This document shows positions 13,156 through 25,500 of a DNA stretch of 64,000 bases, in pieces. The stretch spans positions 39,184,001 to 39,248,000 of the forward strand of contig NC_043009.1 of the NCBI RefSeq assembly GCF_006345805.1. The letters run 5' to 3'. Origin of the DNA: Octopus sinensis. Lineage: Eukaryota. A program made the translations under genes and the position numbers. Position 1 is the stretch's first letter. Each line of letters starts with the position of its first letter. The notes beneath the pieces were generated by a model that was not told the DNA's origin, did not search any database, and saw only the letters and a program-made list of their open reading frames with translations.

Positions 13156-13837
13156 AATATTTGAAATCGAAGTCCATTGTTTCCTTCATCATAGAATCAT
13201 GGTGCTCATTGGCCAGATATTCAGTATTACTTAATTTTTTTAATACTGTACTAAGCATTCTCGCCGGTTCGTGCGACAGAATTATATTTACCGGCATAGT
13301 TGAAAATGCTGACATTGGTGAAATCGCAATGTACAAAAGGTATTTGATTTGAGGTCTATGCCTTAAGAAGCAAATAACCTTATCTTTTTAATGTCACCGT
13401 TTAAAATGCATAATTATGCTCTCGTTAGTAAGTTAGGAGGGAATGGTTTTCTAAGAAACTTTCCACGGCCACTACATCACAGTTTTTTGTGCAATTGTTT
13501 GAGGTGAAAGGGCAGCACCATTGATTTCTGTGGGGGAATGGGGAGTCAGACTGGTGAAGAAATGGAGGGAATTTATCTTCAGACTGGAGACCTAGTTCGA
13601 ATACTCCCAACTGAGAGACACCCAAAAGAGAAGTAATGCTATTAATCGGGCAATACATAATTACTGCGATAGACTTTCACGCATTTTCCGTCTACCAAAC
13701 TCCACTCAGGTAAGCAATTCTCTATTCTTCGCTTTATACTTGGGACTTGTAATCAGAGATTGTCTATATATTCTTTAAGGTTTGTGGAAGGTCCCTCTTA
13801 TGTCAGGCAGTATTGAAAGGTAAGTGGATAATCATTG

Positions 13838-14246
13838 TCTTTTACTTGTTTCAGTCATTTGACTGTGGCCATGCTGGAGCACCGCCTTTAGTCGAGCAAA
13901 TCGACCCCAGGACTTATTCTTTGTAAGCCTAGTACTTATTCTATCGGTCTCTTTTGCTGAACCGCTAAGTTACGGGGACGTAAACACACCAGCATCAATT
14001 GTCAAGCGATGCTGGGGAGACAAACACAGACACACAAACATACACACACACACACATATATATGTATATATATACATATATACGACGGGCTTCTTTCAGT
14101 TTCCATCTACCAAATCCACTCACAAGGCTTTAGTTGGCCCGAGGCTATAGTAGACGACACTTGCCCAAGGTGCCACGCAGTGGGACTGAACCCGGAACCA
14201 TGTGGTTGGTGAGCAAGCTACTCACCACACGGCCACTCCTGCGCCT
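13838..14246 (-). mobile_element. tRNA-derived SINE, family A, full length
   Basis: Reverse complement of 12734-13155. Confidence 0.9.
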
Positions 14247-15389
14247 ATATTGTAGAATATTTTAAAACAACAATCAATAAATTACTTATGTTTATGTTTA
14301 GTACTTCGTTATCTGTTCAGAAAACCTCGTTATGTCTTTACATAAAACACTTTATTTTACATGTTAAAATTGATGTAGCTATCAGTACTATAATTACAAG
14401 GAAGATTTTGTATTCGTAGTGGTATTTTTAGTGTTCAGTGGTTTTCCTAACATACATAAGCCATACCTAAGTACCAAACTTATACAGCTATCAGATTCAA
14501 TTAATAAATAAGTTTTGGTCAAGTAGAAAGTTAAATTAACACATTACTGCCTGTCTCGCTTACCTTAGAATTATTAATGCTTGATAAACTGTTTGTTCTG
14601 GTTTAAATTTGAACTGTCAGAAGTCTGCTGATTATTAAATTTTTATTATAAAATGTTAAGGGCAACTTGATCATAATGAAATCCAAAAGGAAATAGAGTG
14701 CCACTGAAATGAAATCATGAAAATATATTGGAAACAGAATATACATAACGATACAAAACTAAGCATGTGTTTAAAAAGCTGTTGTATGCTATATAGAACT
14801 ATTTCGCATGAAATTTGTACTTTTTTTACTAAAACTTTTATAGTTATAATTCTTGTATGGAATTGATTTTATTAAACGTTGCTTGGAATCTAAACTCTTC
14901 ATGGAAGCATATTCAATTTTTTTTTTTATTAATCATTTGAACTTTCGCACAAAATATTTAATCAAACTAGAAATTAATATCAGGTTGTAACAAATGAATT
15001 TAGAAAAATCAAAATATTGGTGAATATGTGTGTATGTATGTATGTATGTATGTATGTGTGTATGTATGAATGTGTATATGTGTGTACGTATGTGTGTGTG
15101 TGTGTGTGTATGTGTGTGTGTATGTGTGTGTACGTGTTTTATTCCTCAGTCCATTCTCCGTTGCTTTCAATAACCTCATTCCATCTGTCGAAAATATTTG
15201 CTAGCTGCATTTATTAAAATCCGTAGGTTCTGACCTGAATTAAGAATTAAAACATGCTGTATGTTTTGAAATTATATTTTATTTCACTGATTTTTCAAAT
15301 TCCTGATAAATAAAGACGATTGTCAGTTGAGCATAGAACGTGAGAATGCAGTTGGGGAAGCAACTTTTCCCGATCAAGTTCCTCTTGGA

Positions 15390-15920
15390 CAGTGGCTCCC
15401 AAGCTTTCTCGGGCTGCCGCCCACTTGACACCTGGGCCACATTCTTAGTGTGCCCTACCCCAACCGTACACTTTACATAATCATCCTTACAGGCACGCGC
15501 CCTCATAGATGAGGAGCAGGTCTAAATCTCAATGCCACGTTTAAAGCAATCACAACTGTATAATAAAGGATTAATTTCTGATCCTCAGAAACCACTATTT
15601 CTTAAAAAGGCATTTTGAACTAATTTTAATGCAATGACTCAACGGAATCGAGACGTTGTTAATGATTTTCTTCCAATCGTGCCGGCCGCTTTTAAACCCC
15701 ATTGAAAAATTTCCAAACAGTTTCAATCCATGATAGACATTTCTCTTACGCTGAATTTGCTGCTAAACTTCTTGATTATATTGCCAGTATTTGATGCAGC
15801 AATTACTCTCTGTCACCGTATCAAATTCACTTTAGTTACCATGTTTTGTATCATCCTTTAGACTGAAGTCCCCCTTCTCTGAAACTGCAAAAACCACGAC
15901 CTACAAGTGTTTATTCACTT
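15390..15920 (+). mobile_element. Possible decayed hAT-type DNA transposon fragment
   Basis: Begins with a CAGTGGCTCCCAAGCTTT end resembling hAT/Charlie termini; partner TIR not found and right boundary uncertain. Confidence 0.3.
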
Positions 15921-16209
15921 ACAAAATCTCTCTACTTGTATTAGCCTCTCTATGGCATCTCATTGAACATGGCATATTGAGTGTGTTCACTAGTCTGAAT
16001 AAACACGGAGTTAACTTGAAAGGGTTTTATTCAATAATGTTCTTATATCCTGAAAGGTAAATGTATTGAATAGTTACGAAGGTCTCATTTGACATCTGGA
16101 AGAAATAGAACTTAATACAGAATTGTTCATAGATATCAGTTTGAAACAAAAATGACACTTTATAAAACGTTATAAAACAATAGAATTTAATAACTAATAA
16201 ATAATTATT

Positions 16210-16496
16210 AACGAGAGGACTCAGAGAGAGCAAATCTCCGCCAAGGCAACACGAATGTCCTCTCAACGATTAGCTATTAGTGATTTTAAAAATGAGAATA
16301 TCTAAAATGAACTTAACAGTTCTTACAAACGAGAATACTAAAAATAAACCCGACCGCTTTCAAAATTTAAGTAAAAAAAAATGGAAAAATAATCCAGAAT
16401 CCTTATCCGGCACAAGATCGACCCCAAAATCTAATCAGTTCGTGCCAGGCACAAAGCCAAACATCCCGGAAAGTCTGATCCGAATCCATCCAGTGG
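16210..16496. mobile_element. Non-autonomous Helentron/HINE-like repeat, truncated by a SINE
   Basis: ctccgccaagg subterminal motif and ...aaataatccagaatcc...ccaaaatctaatcagttc...aatccatccagt pattern, recalled from marine invertebrate elements. Confidence 0.35.
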
Positions 16497-16992
16497 TTCT
16501 TATTTCTTTATTGCCCTCAAGGGGCTAAACATAGAGGGGGCAAACAAGGACAACAAAGGGATTAAGTCGATTAAATCGACCCCAGTGCATCACTGGCATT
16601 TAATTTATCGACCCCGAAAGGATGAAAGTCAAAGTCAACCTCAGTGGAATTTGAACTCAGAACGTAACGGCAGACGAAATACCTATTTCTTTACTACGCA
16701 CAAGGGGCTAAACACAGAGGGGTCAAACAAGGACAGACAAACGGATTAAGTCGATTACATCAACCCCAGTGCGTAACTGGTACTTATTTAATCGACCCAG
16801 AAAGGATGTAAAGCAAAGTCGACTTCGGCGGAATTTGAACTCAGAACGTAACGGCAGACGAACTAGGGCTACGCATTTCGCGCTTTACCTTTCATCCTTT
16901 CGGGATCGATAAATTAAGTACCAGTTAAGTATTGGGATTGATGTAATCGACTGGCCCCCTCCCCAAAATTTTCGGGCCTAGAGTAGAAAAGA
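16497..16992. mobile_element. Cluster of SINE family B units (two on -, one partial on +)
   Basis: Two reverse-complement units at 16497-16882, then a + strand 3' half at 16882-16992. Confidence 0.85.
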
Positions 16993-17849
16993 ACATCAAA
17001 TAATGTCGATAAAGTTGTTACATACTTTTTAGGTCAAAATTTGTTGTAGACGTTCTTAACAAACTACTAAACGCTTCGTAGCTCCAGCGTATTTTACATT
17101 TGTCTCATTAATATTGCCTACAGAGTAGGTTATAAAGGATATTATTCTTAAAACGAACTATTAAATCATAAGATCAAAAGCATGGATACCTTTTAAACGG
17201 AACTTATCTTCCTTTTAACTGATATGTCCCTCGTTGCTATCTATATATTAATATTGGGAAAATATAATTGTAATCGTGACTTTACAATCCTTTAAATGTA
17301 GAAACATAAAACAGTGATACTTCAATATGTAAGAACATTTCTCTCAATGAGGTGTTATTGAAACGGAAGAGAGGTGACTTCACATACCGTGGCTATGCAG
17401 AGAGATGTGAGGTTCTGCGAAAATATGTAACCTCCGATTACTGGTTCAGTTCAAAGAAAAGAAAGAGTTCTGTATGTCTGTTTAAAGAATAGATCAAGTG
17501 ACGATAGCTTTAACGTCAAAAAGAAACAGAACATAAGACGTTTAATAGGAAGTTATTCGGCAAGAGATTTTGAAACATCTCTATAAATGTGTCATATCTC
17601 AGTCCACCATTTAAATGTAATACATTCCATGCTGCAAACAATATTAGATATATCGATTAAACTTCAAAATTCCATATTTCCGTTGTTTCTTAGCTTTATT
17701 TCAACAGCAGATATTATATTATACAGTTGGTCAAAAATAAATATTTGATGCATTATCGTTATTGTTTTAGCAGCGCAGAGTCTTCTAAAACAATAATTTT
17801 AAACAGTGCCTTAAGTTATTAAGTTATCATTGCCGTATTTGTTACCATT

Positions 17850-18520
17850 TAAGACGAATATTTTCCCCCCAAGAAATTGTCTTAGAACCCCCAACTGGTT
17901 CGATATACAATGTTGGGGCTATATTGCATGCTTTAATGCCCTTAAATTCCTTTTGCTGAAACGGTGGTGCAACTAATATGCTTGTGCGTCATTTAAACCA
18001 ACAAATACGGTGATCTAATTCTATTTCAGACAAGTGGAAACAAAGCTGTTGGTATCATAAATAAAACTGACATTAACAATTTTGTCACAAGTTCTTTGAT
18101 AGGTTTTCTGTGAGTACTTTAGTATGCTGAAACTAGATCTCAAATCAAACCTTTCTTGACAAGCGTAGATTTTCTATGAACATTTAATGAAACTGTGCTT
18201 TACTGGAATCTCATGCCTGCTAAGATTTCCTTTGCACAGTCGAAAACAACCCCAAAATTTCGTTTGAGGCTTACTGTAAACACAAATTCTGCAATGTATA
18301 CTATAAGCAGAAATCCTTGTAGATCGTTCCAAAATCCTACGGACTTTCTAGGTCGGTGTTGAATTTAATCTGTGTTTTGGCGCTCAGATACAAAGGTTTG
18401 AATGGCTAGAAAATTTTTCCAAGACTGATTTACAAACGTGTTTTATCTGGTCTTAGAAAAGCAGTGTAACATGCAATCTTTAAGGCAAAGCATTGATCTA
18501 TTTTGATAAAGCATCAAGGT
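17850..18520 (-). mobile_element. Highly decayed LINE reverse transcriptase remnant
   Basis: Minus-strand peptide bits VRRILERS, VFDC and GIKACNIAPTLY in the order expected for RT motifs (LRxIxE, AFD, GVKQGCxLAPTLF); many stops and frameshifts. Confidence 0.3.
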
Positions 18521-18579
18521 TCTCTGTGAACTTAGCTAATAATTCCGTGTATGTACGAATGAAATATGAAACCAAAATC

Positions 18580-18650
18580 ATAGACCTCAGTGTAATATAG
18601 ACCTCAGTATAATATAGACCTCAGTGAAATATAGACCTCAGTGTAATATA
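18580..18650. repeat. 17-bp minisatellite x4 (ATAGACCTCAGTGTAAT)
   Basis: Four tandem units; two carry a single substitution each. Confidence 0.95.
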
Positions 18651-19110
18651 CAAAAATCAGTTTATAAGGAGTATGAATTTACTGTTAGAAATCTCTGGGA
18701 AACAACTGATGAATGTGAGTACTGTGATTAAATAGCCAAGTCATGAAATGAAGTGTAACTCTCAATTATAAATTGTGTTTAGAAAAACATACGTTCGGTT
18801 TGTAGTTAAGACTACCATAACTAGCGGTCTACAGGAAGTTCACGATATTGTGATACTGTCAAATAATATCGGATTGAAGAACGCATGGATAATAACATGC
18901 TTAAGTTGTTCATGCTCCATAATGAAGGTCTGCATAAGAGATCTGATGCCTTTAGAACAAAAGTATAATGAAAACTGTACTCCTCTCTCTGTCTGTATCT
19001 CGCTTACTCTCTCTCCTTTTTCCTCCCTCTCCTCTCTCTCCCTATATATATATATAGTTACGTGTATATTTATATATTCATACATACATATATATATGTA
19101 TATACAAAAT

Positions 19111-19142
<32 letters not shown>

Positions 19143-19215
19143 AACACACACACACATATATGCTCCAGCATGGCCACAGTCAAATGACTGAAACAAGTAA
19201 AAGAGTATATATATA

Positions 19216-19521
19216 TAAGGGCTATTACTACACTTAAATGCCCCACGCTGTTATGGGTCTCTGAAGTCAAACTTCTTCAATGAATATACAGAGCACTGAA
19301 AGCGGGGGAATGCATCATGTAAGCTACATTTTAAAAACAGGTTTATTAAAGTAGTTTGACTTCAGAGTCACATAACAGCTTGAGGCATTTACGTGTAGTA
19401 ATAGCCTTTAATATAATGAATGTATTTATAATTAAGGGGAAAATTATATATTTTAGATTAATTTATTTCTGAACTGGATTTTCCCGCTGGCTACTTGATA
19501 AATTCTTATATAGTTTTATCC
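19216..19521 (+). mobile_element. Long-hairpin repeat element (~68-bp arms, ~57-nt loop) plus conserved 3' tail
   Basis: 19216-19284 is the imperfect reverse complement of 19342-19410. Outer arms and tail (ttttcccgctggctacttgataaattcttatatagttttatcct) match 38242-38471. Confidence 0.75.
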
Positions 19522-19527
19522 TTATAT

Positions 19528-19582
<55 letters not shown>

Positions 19583-19596
19583 ATATACATATATAT

Positions 19597-22500
19597 AAGA
19601 ATTCTCCCTGGGCAGATAAATTATCTTGTTTGCTGAATAGAAAGAAACTGCAGTCTGAGAATTTTCCGGTTTAGTAAATGTTTTTATCTTCATTTCACTT
19701 AATTTATCAAGCTTTTGTATTCCTAGCACATATTTCGCCTTAATGTACTGATATATGAAAAATATATGGCTTGTGTTAGTAATACCAGCGATTATAATTA
19801 TTTTTATTTTATCGCAATTTGATTTGTTTACATATTTCTCGATAAATTATGAGCGCCAGGCGATATACCAGAATTCCCCAGTGTTGTCGGGACGTTCGGA
19901 GTCTGCGCAGTGATATGATTAGTTAGGAAGAGTAACTCATTAGACGCACATGCTTCTGGTGAGTTAGGATCCCAGAAAAACAGGGTCTCACTGAAGAATT
20001 CTCCCTGGGCAGATAAATTATCTTGTTTGCTGAATAGAAAGAAACTGCAGTCTGAGAATTTTCCGGTTTAGTAAATGTTTTTATCTTCATTTCACTTAAT
20101 TTATCAAGCTTTTGTATTCCTAGCACATATTTCGCCTTAATGTACTGATATATGAAAAATATATGGCTTGTGTTAGTAATACCAGCGATTATAATTATTT
20201 TTATTATCGCAATTTGATTTGTTTACATATTTCTCGATAAATTATGAGCGCCAGGCGATATACCAGAATTCCCCAGTGTTGTCGGGACGTTCGGAGTCTG
20301 CGCAGTGATATGATTAGTTAGGAAGAGTAACTCATTAGACGCACATGCTTCTAGTGAGTTAGGATCCCAGAAAAACAGGGTCTCACTGAAGAATTCTCCC
20401 TGGGCAGATAAATTATCTTGTTTGCTGAATAGAAAGAAACTGCAGTCTGAGAATTTTCCGGTTTAGTAAATGTTTTTATCTTCATTTCACTTAATTTATC
20501 AAGCTTTTGTATTCCTAGCACATATTTCGCCTTAATGTACTGATATATGAAAAATATATGGCTTGTGTTAGTAATACCAGCGATTATAATTATTTTTATT
20601 TTATCGCAATTTGATTTGTTTACATATTTCTCGATAAATTATGAGCGCCAGGCGATATACCAGAATTCCCCAGTGTTGTCGGGACGTTCGGAGTCTGCGC
20701 AGTGATATGATTAGTTAGGAAGAGTAACTCATTAGACGCACATGCTTCTAGTGAGTTAGGATCCCAGAAAAACAGGGTCTCACTGAAGAATTCTCCCTGG
20801 GCAGATAAATTATCTTGTTTGCTGAATAGAAAGAAACTGCAGTCTGAGAATTTTCCGGTTTAGTAAATGTTTTTATCTTCATTTCACTTAATTTATCAAG
20901 CTTTTGTATTCCTAGCACATATTTCGCCTTAATGTACTGATATATGAAAAATATATGGCTTGTGTTAGTAATACCAGCGATTATATTATTTTTATTTTAT
21001 CGCAATTTGATTTGTTTACATATTTCTCGATAAATTATGAGCGCCAGGCGATATACCAGAATCCCCAGTGTTGTCGGGACGTTCGGAGTCTGCGCAGTGA
21101 TATGATTAGTTAGGAAGAGTAACTCATTAGACGCACATGCTTCTAGTGAGTTAGGATCCCAGAAAACAGGGTCTCACTGAAGAATTCTCCCTGGGCAGAT
21201 AAATTATCTTGTTTGCTGAATAGAAAGAAACTGCAGTCTGAGAATTTTCCGGTTTAGTAAATGTTTTTATCTTCATTTCACTTAATTTATCAAGCTTTTG
21301 TATTCCTAGCACATATTTCGCCTTAATGTACTGATATATGAAAAATATATGGCTTGTGTTAGTAATACCAGCGATTATAATTATTTTTATTTTATCGCAA
21401 TTTGATTTGTTTACATATTTCTCGATAAATTATGAGCGCCAGCGAGATAGACCAGATATACCCCCAGTGTTGTCGGGACGTTCGGAGTCTGCGCAGTGAT
21501 ATGATTAGTTAGGAAGAGTAACTCATTAGACGCACATGCTTCTAGTGAGTTAGGATCCCAGAAAAACAGGGTCTCACTGAAGAATTCTCCCTGGGCAGAT
21601 AAATTATCTTGTTTGCTGAATAGAAAGAAACTGCAGTCTGAGAATTTTCGGTTAGTAGTTTAGTAATGTTTTATCTTCATTTCACTTAATTTATCAAGCT
21701 TTTGTATTCCTAGCACATATTTCGCCTTAATGTACTGATATATGAAAAATATGGCTTGTGTTAGTAATACCAGCGATTAAATTATTTTTATTTTATCGCA
21801 ATTTGATTTGTTTACATATTTCTCGATAAATTATGAGCGCCAGGCGATATACCAGAATTCCCCAGTGTTGTCGGGACGTTCGGAGTCTGCGCAGTGATAT
21901 GATTAGTTAGGAAGAGTAACTCATTAGACGCACATGCTTCTAGTGAGTTAGGATCCCAGAAAAACAGGGTCTCACTGAAGAATTCTCCCTGGGCAGATAA
22001 ATTATCTTGTTTGCTGAATAGAAAGAAACTGCAGTCTGAGAATTTTCCGGTTTAGTAAATGTTTTTATCTTCATTTCACTTAATTTATCAAGCTTTTGTA
22101 TTCCTAGCACATATTTCGCCTTAATGTACTGATATATGAAAAATATATGGCTTGTGTTAGTAATACCAGCGATTATAATTATTTTTATTTTATCGCAATT
22201 TGATTTGTTTATATTTCTCGATAAATTATGAGCGCCAGGCGATATACCAGAATTCCCCAGTGTTGTCGGGACGTTCGGAGTCTGCGCAGTGATGATATAT
22301 GATTTAGGAGAGTAACTCATTAGACGCACATGCTTCTAGTGAGTTAGGATCCCAGAAAAACAGGGTCTCACTGAAGAATTCTCCCTGGGCAGATAAATTA
22401 TCTGTTTTGCTGAATAGAAAGAAACACGCAGTCTGAGAATTTTCCGGTTTAGTAAATGTTTTTATCTTCATTTCACTTAATTTATCAAGCTTTTGTATTC

Positions 22501-25500
22501 CTAGCACATATTTCGCCTTAATGTACTGATATATGAAAAATATATGGCTTGTGTTAGTAATACCAGCGATTATAATTATTTTTATTTTATCGCAATTTGA
22601 TTTGTTTACATATTTCTCGATAAATTATGAGCGCCAGGCGATATACCAGAATTCCCCAGTGGTGTCGGGACGTTCGGAGTCTGCGCAGTGATATGATTAG
22701 TTAGGAAAGTAACTCATTAGACGCACATGCTTCTAGTGAGTTAGGATCCCAGAAAAACAGGGTCTCACTGAAGAATTCTCCCTGGGCAGATAAATTATCT
22801 TGTTTGCTGAATAGAAAGAAACTGCAGTCTGAGAATTTTCCGGTTTAGTAAATGTTTTTATCTTCATTTCACTAATTTATCAAGCTTTTGTATTCCTAGC
22901 ACATATTTCGCCTTAATGTACTGATATATGAAAAATATATGGCTTGTGTTAGTAATACCAGCGATTATAATTATTTTATTTTTATCGCAATTTGATTTGT
23001 TTACATATTTCTCGATAAATTATGAGCGCCAGGCGATATACCAGAATTCCCAGTGTTGTCGGGACGTTCGGAGTCTGCGCAGTGATATGATTAGTTAGGA
23101 AGAGTAACTCATTAGACGCACATGCTTCTAGTGAGTTAGGATCCCAGAAAAAAAACAGGGTCCACTGAAGAATTCTCCCTGGGCAGATAAATTATCTTGT
23201 TTGCTGAATAGAAAGAAACTGCAGTCTGAGAATTTTCCGGTTTAGTAAATGTTTTTATCTTCATTTCACTTAATTTATCAAGCTTTTGTATTCCTAGCAC
23301 ATATTTCGCCTTAATGTACTGATATATGAAAAATATATGGCTTGTGTTAGTAATACCAGCGATTATAATTATTTTTATTTTATCGCAATTTGATTTGTTT
23401 ACATATTTCTCGATAAATTATGAGCGCCAGGCGATATACCAGAATTCCCCAGTGTTGTCGGGACGTTCGGAGTCTGCGCAGTGATATGATTAGTTAGGAA
23501 GAGTAACTCATTAGACGCACATGCTTCTAGTGAGTTAGGATCCCAGAAAAACAGGGTCTCACTGAAGAATTCTCCCTGGGCAGATAAATTATCTTGTTTG
23601 CTGAATAGAAAGAAACTGCAGTCTGAGAATTTTCCGGTTTAGTAAATGTTTTTATCTTCATTTCACTTAATTTATCAAGCTTTTGTATTCCTAGCACATA
23701 TTTCGCCTTAATGTACTGATATATGAAAAATATATGGCTTGTGTTAGTAATACCAGCGATTATAATTATTTTTATTTTATCGCAATTTGATTTGTTTACA
23801 TATTTCTCGATAAATTATGAGCGCCAGGCGATATACCAGAATCCCCAGTGTTGTCGGGACGTTCGGAGTCTGCGCAGTGATATGATTAGTTAGGAAGAGT
23901 AACTCATTAGACGCACATGCTTCTAGTGAGTTAGGATCCCAGAAAAACAGGGTCTCACTGAAGAATTCTCCCTGGGCAGATAAATTATCTTGTTTGCTGA
24001 ATAGAAAGAAACTGCAGTCTGAGAATTTTCCGGTTTAGTAAATGTTTTTATCTTCATTTCACTTAATTTATCAAGCTTTTGTATTCCTAGCACATATTTC
24101 GCCTTAATGTACTGATATATGAAAAATATATGGCTTGTGTTAGTAATACCAGCGATTATAATTATTTTTATTTTATCGCAATTTGATTTGTTTACATATT
24201 TCTCGATAAATTATGAGCGCCAGGCGTATATACCAGAATTCCCCAGTGTTGTCGGGACGTTCGGAGTCTGCGCAGTGATATGATTAGTTAGGAAGAGTAA
24301 CTCATTAGACGCACATGCTTCTAGTGAGTTAGGATCCCAGAAAAACAGGGTCTCACTGAAGAATCTCCCTGGGCAGATAAATTATCTTGTTTGCTGAATA
24401 GAAAGAAACTGCAGTCTGAGAATTTTCCGGTTTAGTAAATGTTTTTATCTTCATTTCACTTAATTTATCAAGCTTTTGTATTCCTAGCACATATTTCGCC
24501 TTAATGTACTGATATATGAAAAATATATGGCTTGTGTTAGTAATACCAGCGATTATAATTATTTTTATTTTATCGCAATTTGATTTGTTTACATATTTCT
24601 CGATAAATTATGAGCGCCAGGCGATATACCAGAATTCCCCAGTGTTGTCGGGACGTTCGGAGTCTGCGCAGTGATATGATTAGTTAGGAAGAGTAACTCA
24701 TTAGACGCACATGCTTCTAGTGAGTTAGGATCCCAGAAAAACAGGGTCTCACTGAAGAATTCTCCCTGGGCAGATAAATTATCTTGTTTGCTGAATAGAA
24801 AGAAACTGCAGTCTGAGAATTTTCCGGTTTAGTAAATGTTTTTATCTTCATTTCACTTAATTTATCAAGCTTTTGTATTCCTAGCACATATTTCGCCTTA
24901 ATGTACTGATTATGAAAAATATGGCTTGTGTTAGTAATACCAGCGATTATAATATATTTTATTTTATCGCAATTTGATTTGTTTACATATTTCTCGATAA
25001 ATTATGAGCGCCAGGCGATATACCAGAATTCCCCAGTGTTGTCGGGACGTTCGGAGTCTGCGCAGTGATATGATTAGTTAGGAGAGTAACTCATTAGACG
25101 CACATGCTTCTAGTGAGTTAGGATCCCAGAAAAACAGGGTCTCACTGAAGAATCTCCCTGGCAGATAAATTATCTTGTTTGCTGAATAGAAAGAACTGCA
25201 GTCTGAGAATTTTCCGGTTTAGTAAATGTTTTTATCTTCATTTCACTTAATTTATCAAGCTTTTGTATTCCTAGCACATATTTCGCCTTATGTACTGATA
25301 TATGAAAAATATATGGCTTGTGTTAGTAATACCAGCGATTATAATTATTTTTATTTTATCGCAATTTGATTTGTTTACATATTTCTCGATAAATTATGAG
25401 CGCCAGGCGATATACCAGAATTCCCCAGTGTTGTCGGGACGTTCGGAGTCTGCGCAGTGATATGATTAGTTAGGAAGAGTAACTCATTAGACGCACATGC

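Noticed and set aside
18580-18650. CRISPR-like short repeats
   Set aside because: Contiguous 17-mers with no spacers; a minisatellite.
21430-22430. Variant array units (e.g. ~21440-21465, 21650-21670, 22290-22310, 22425) as real subfamilies
   Set aside because: Clustered small indels look like uncorrected long-read errors; cannot be treated as biological without reads.
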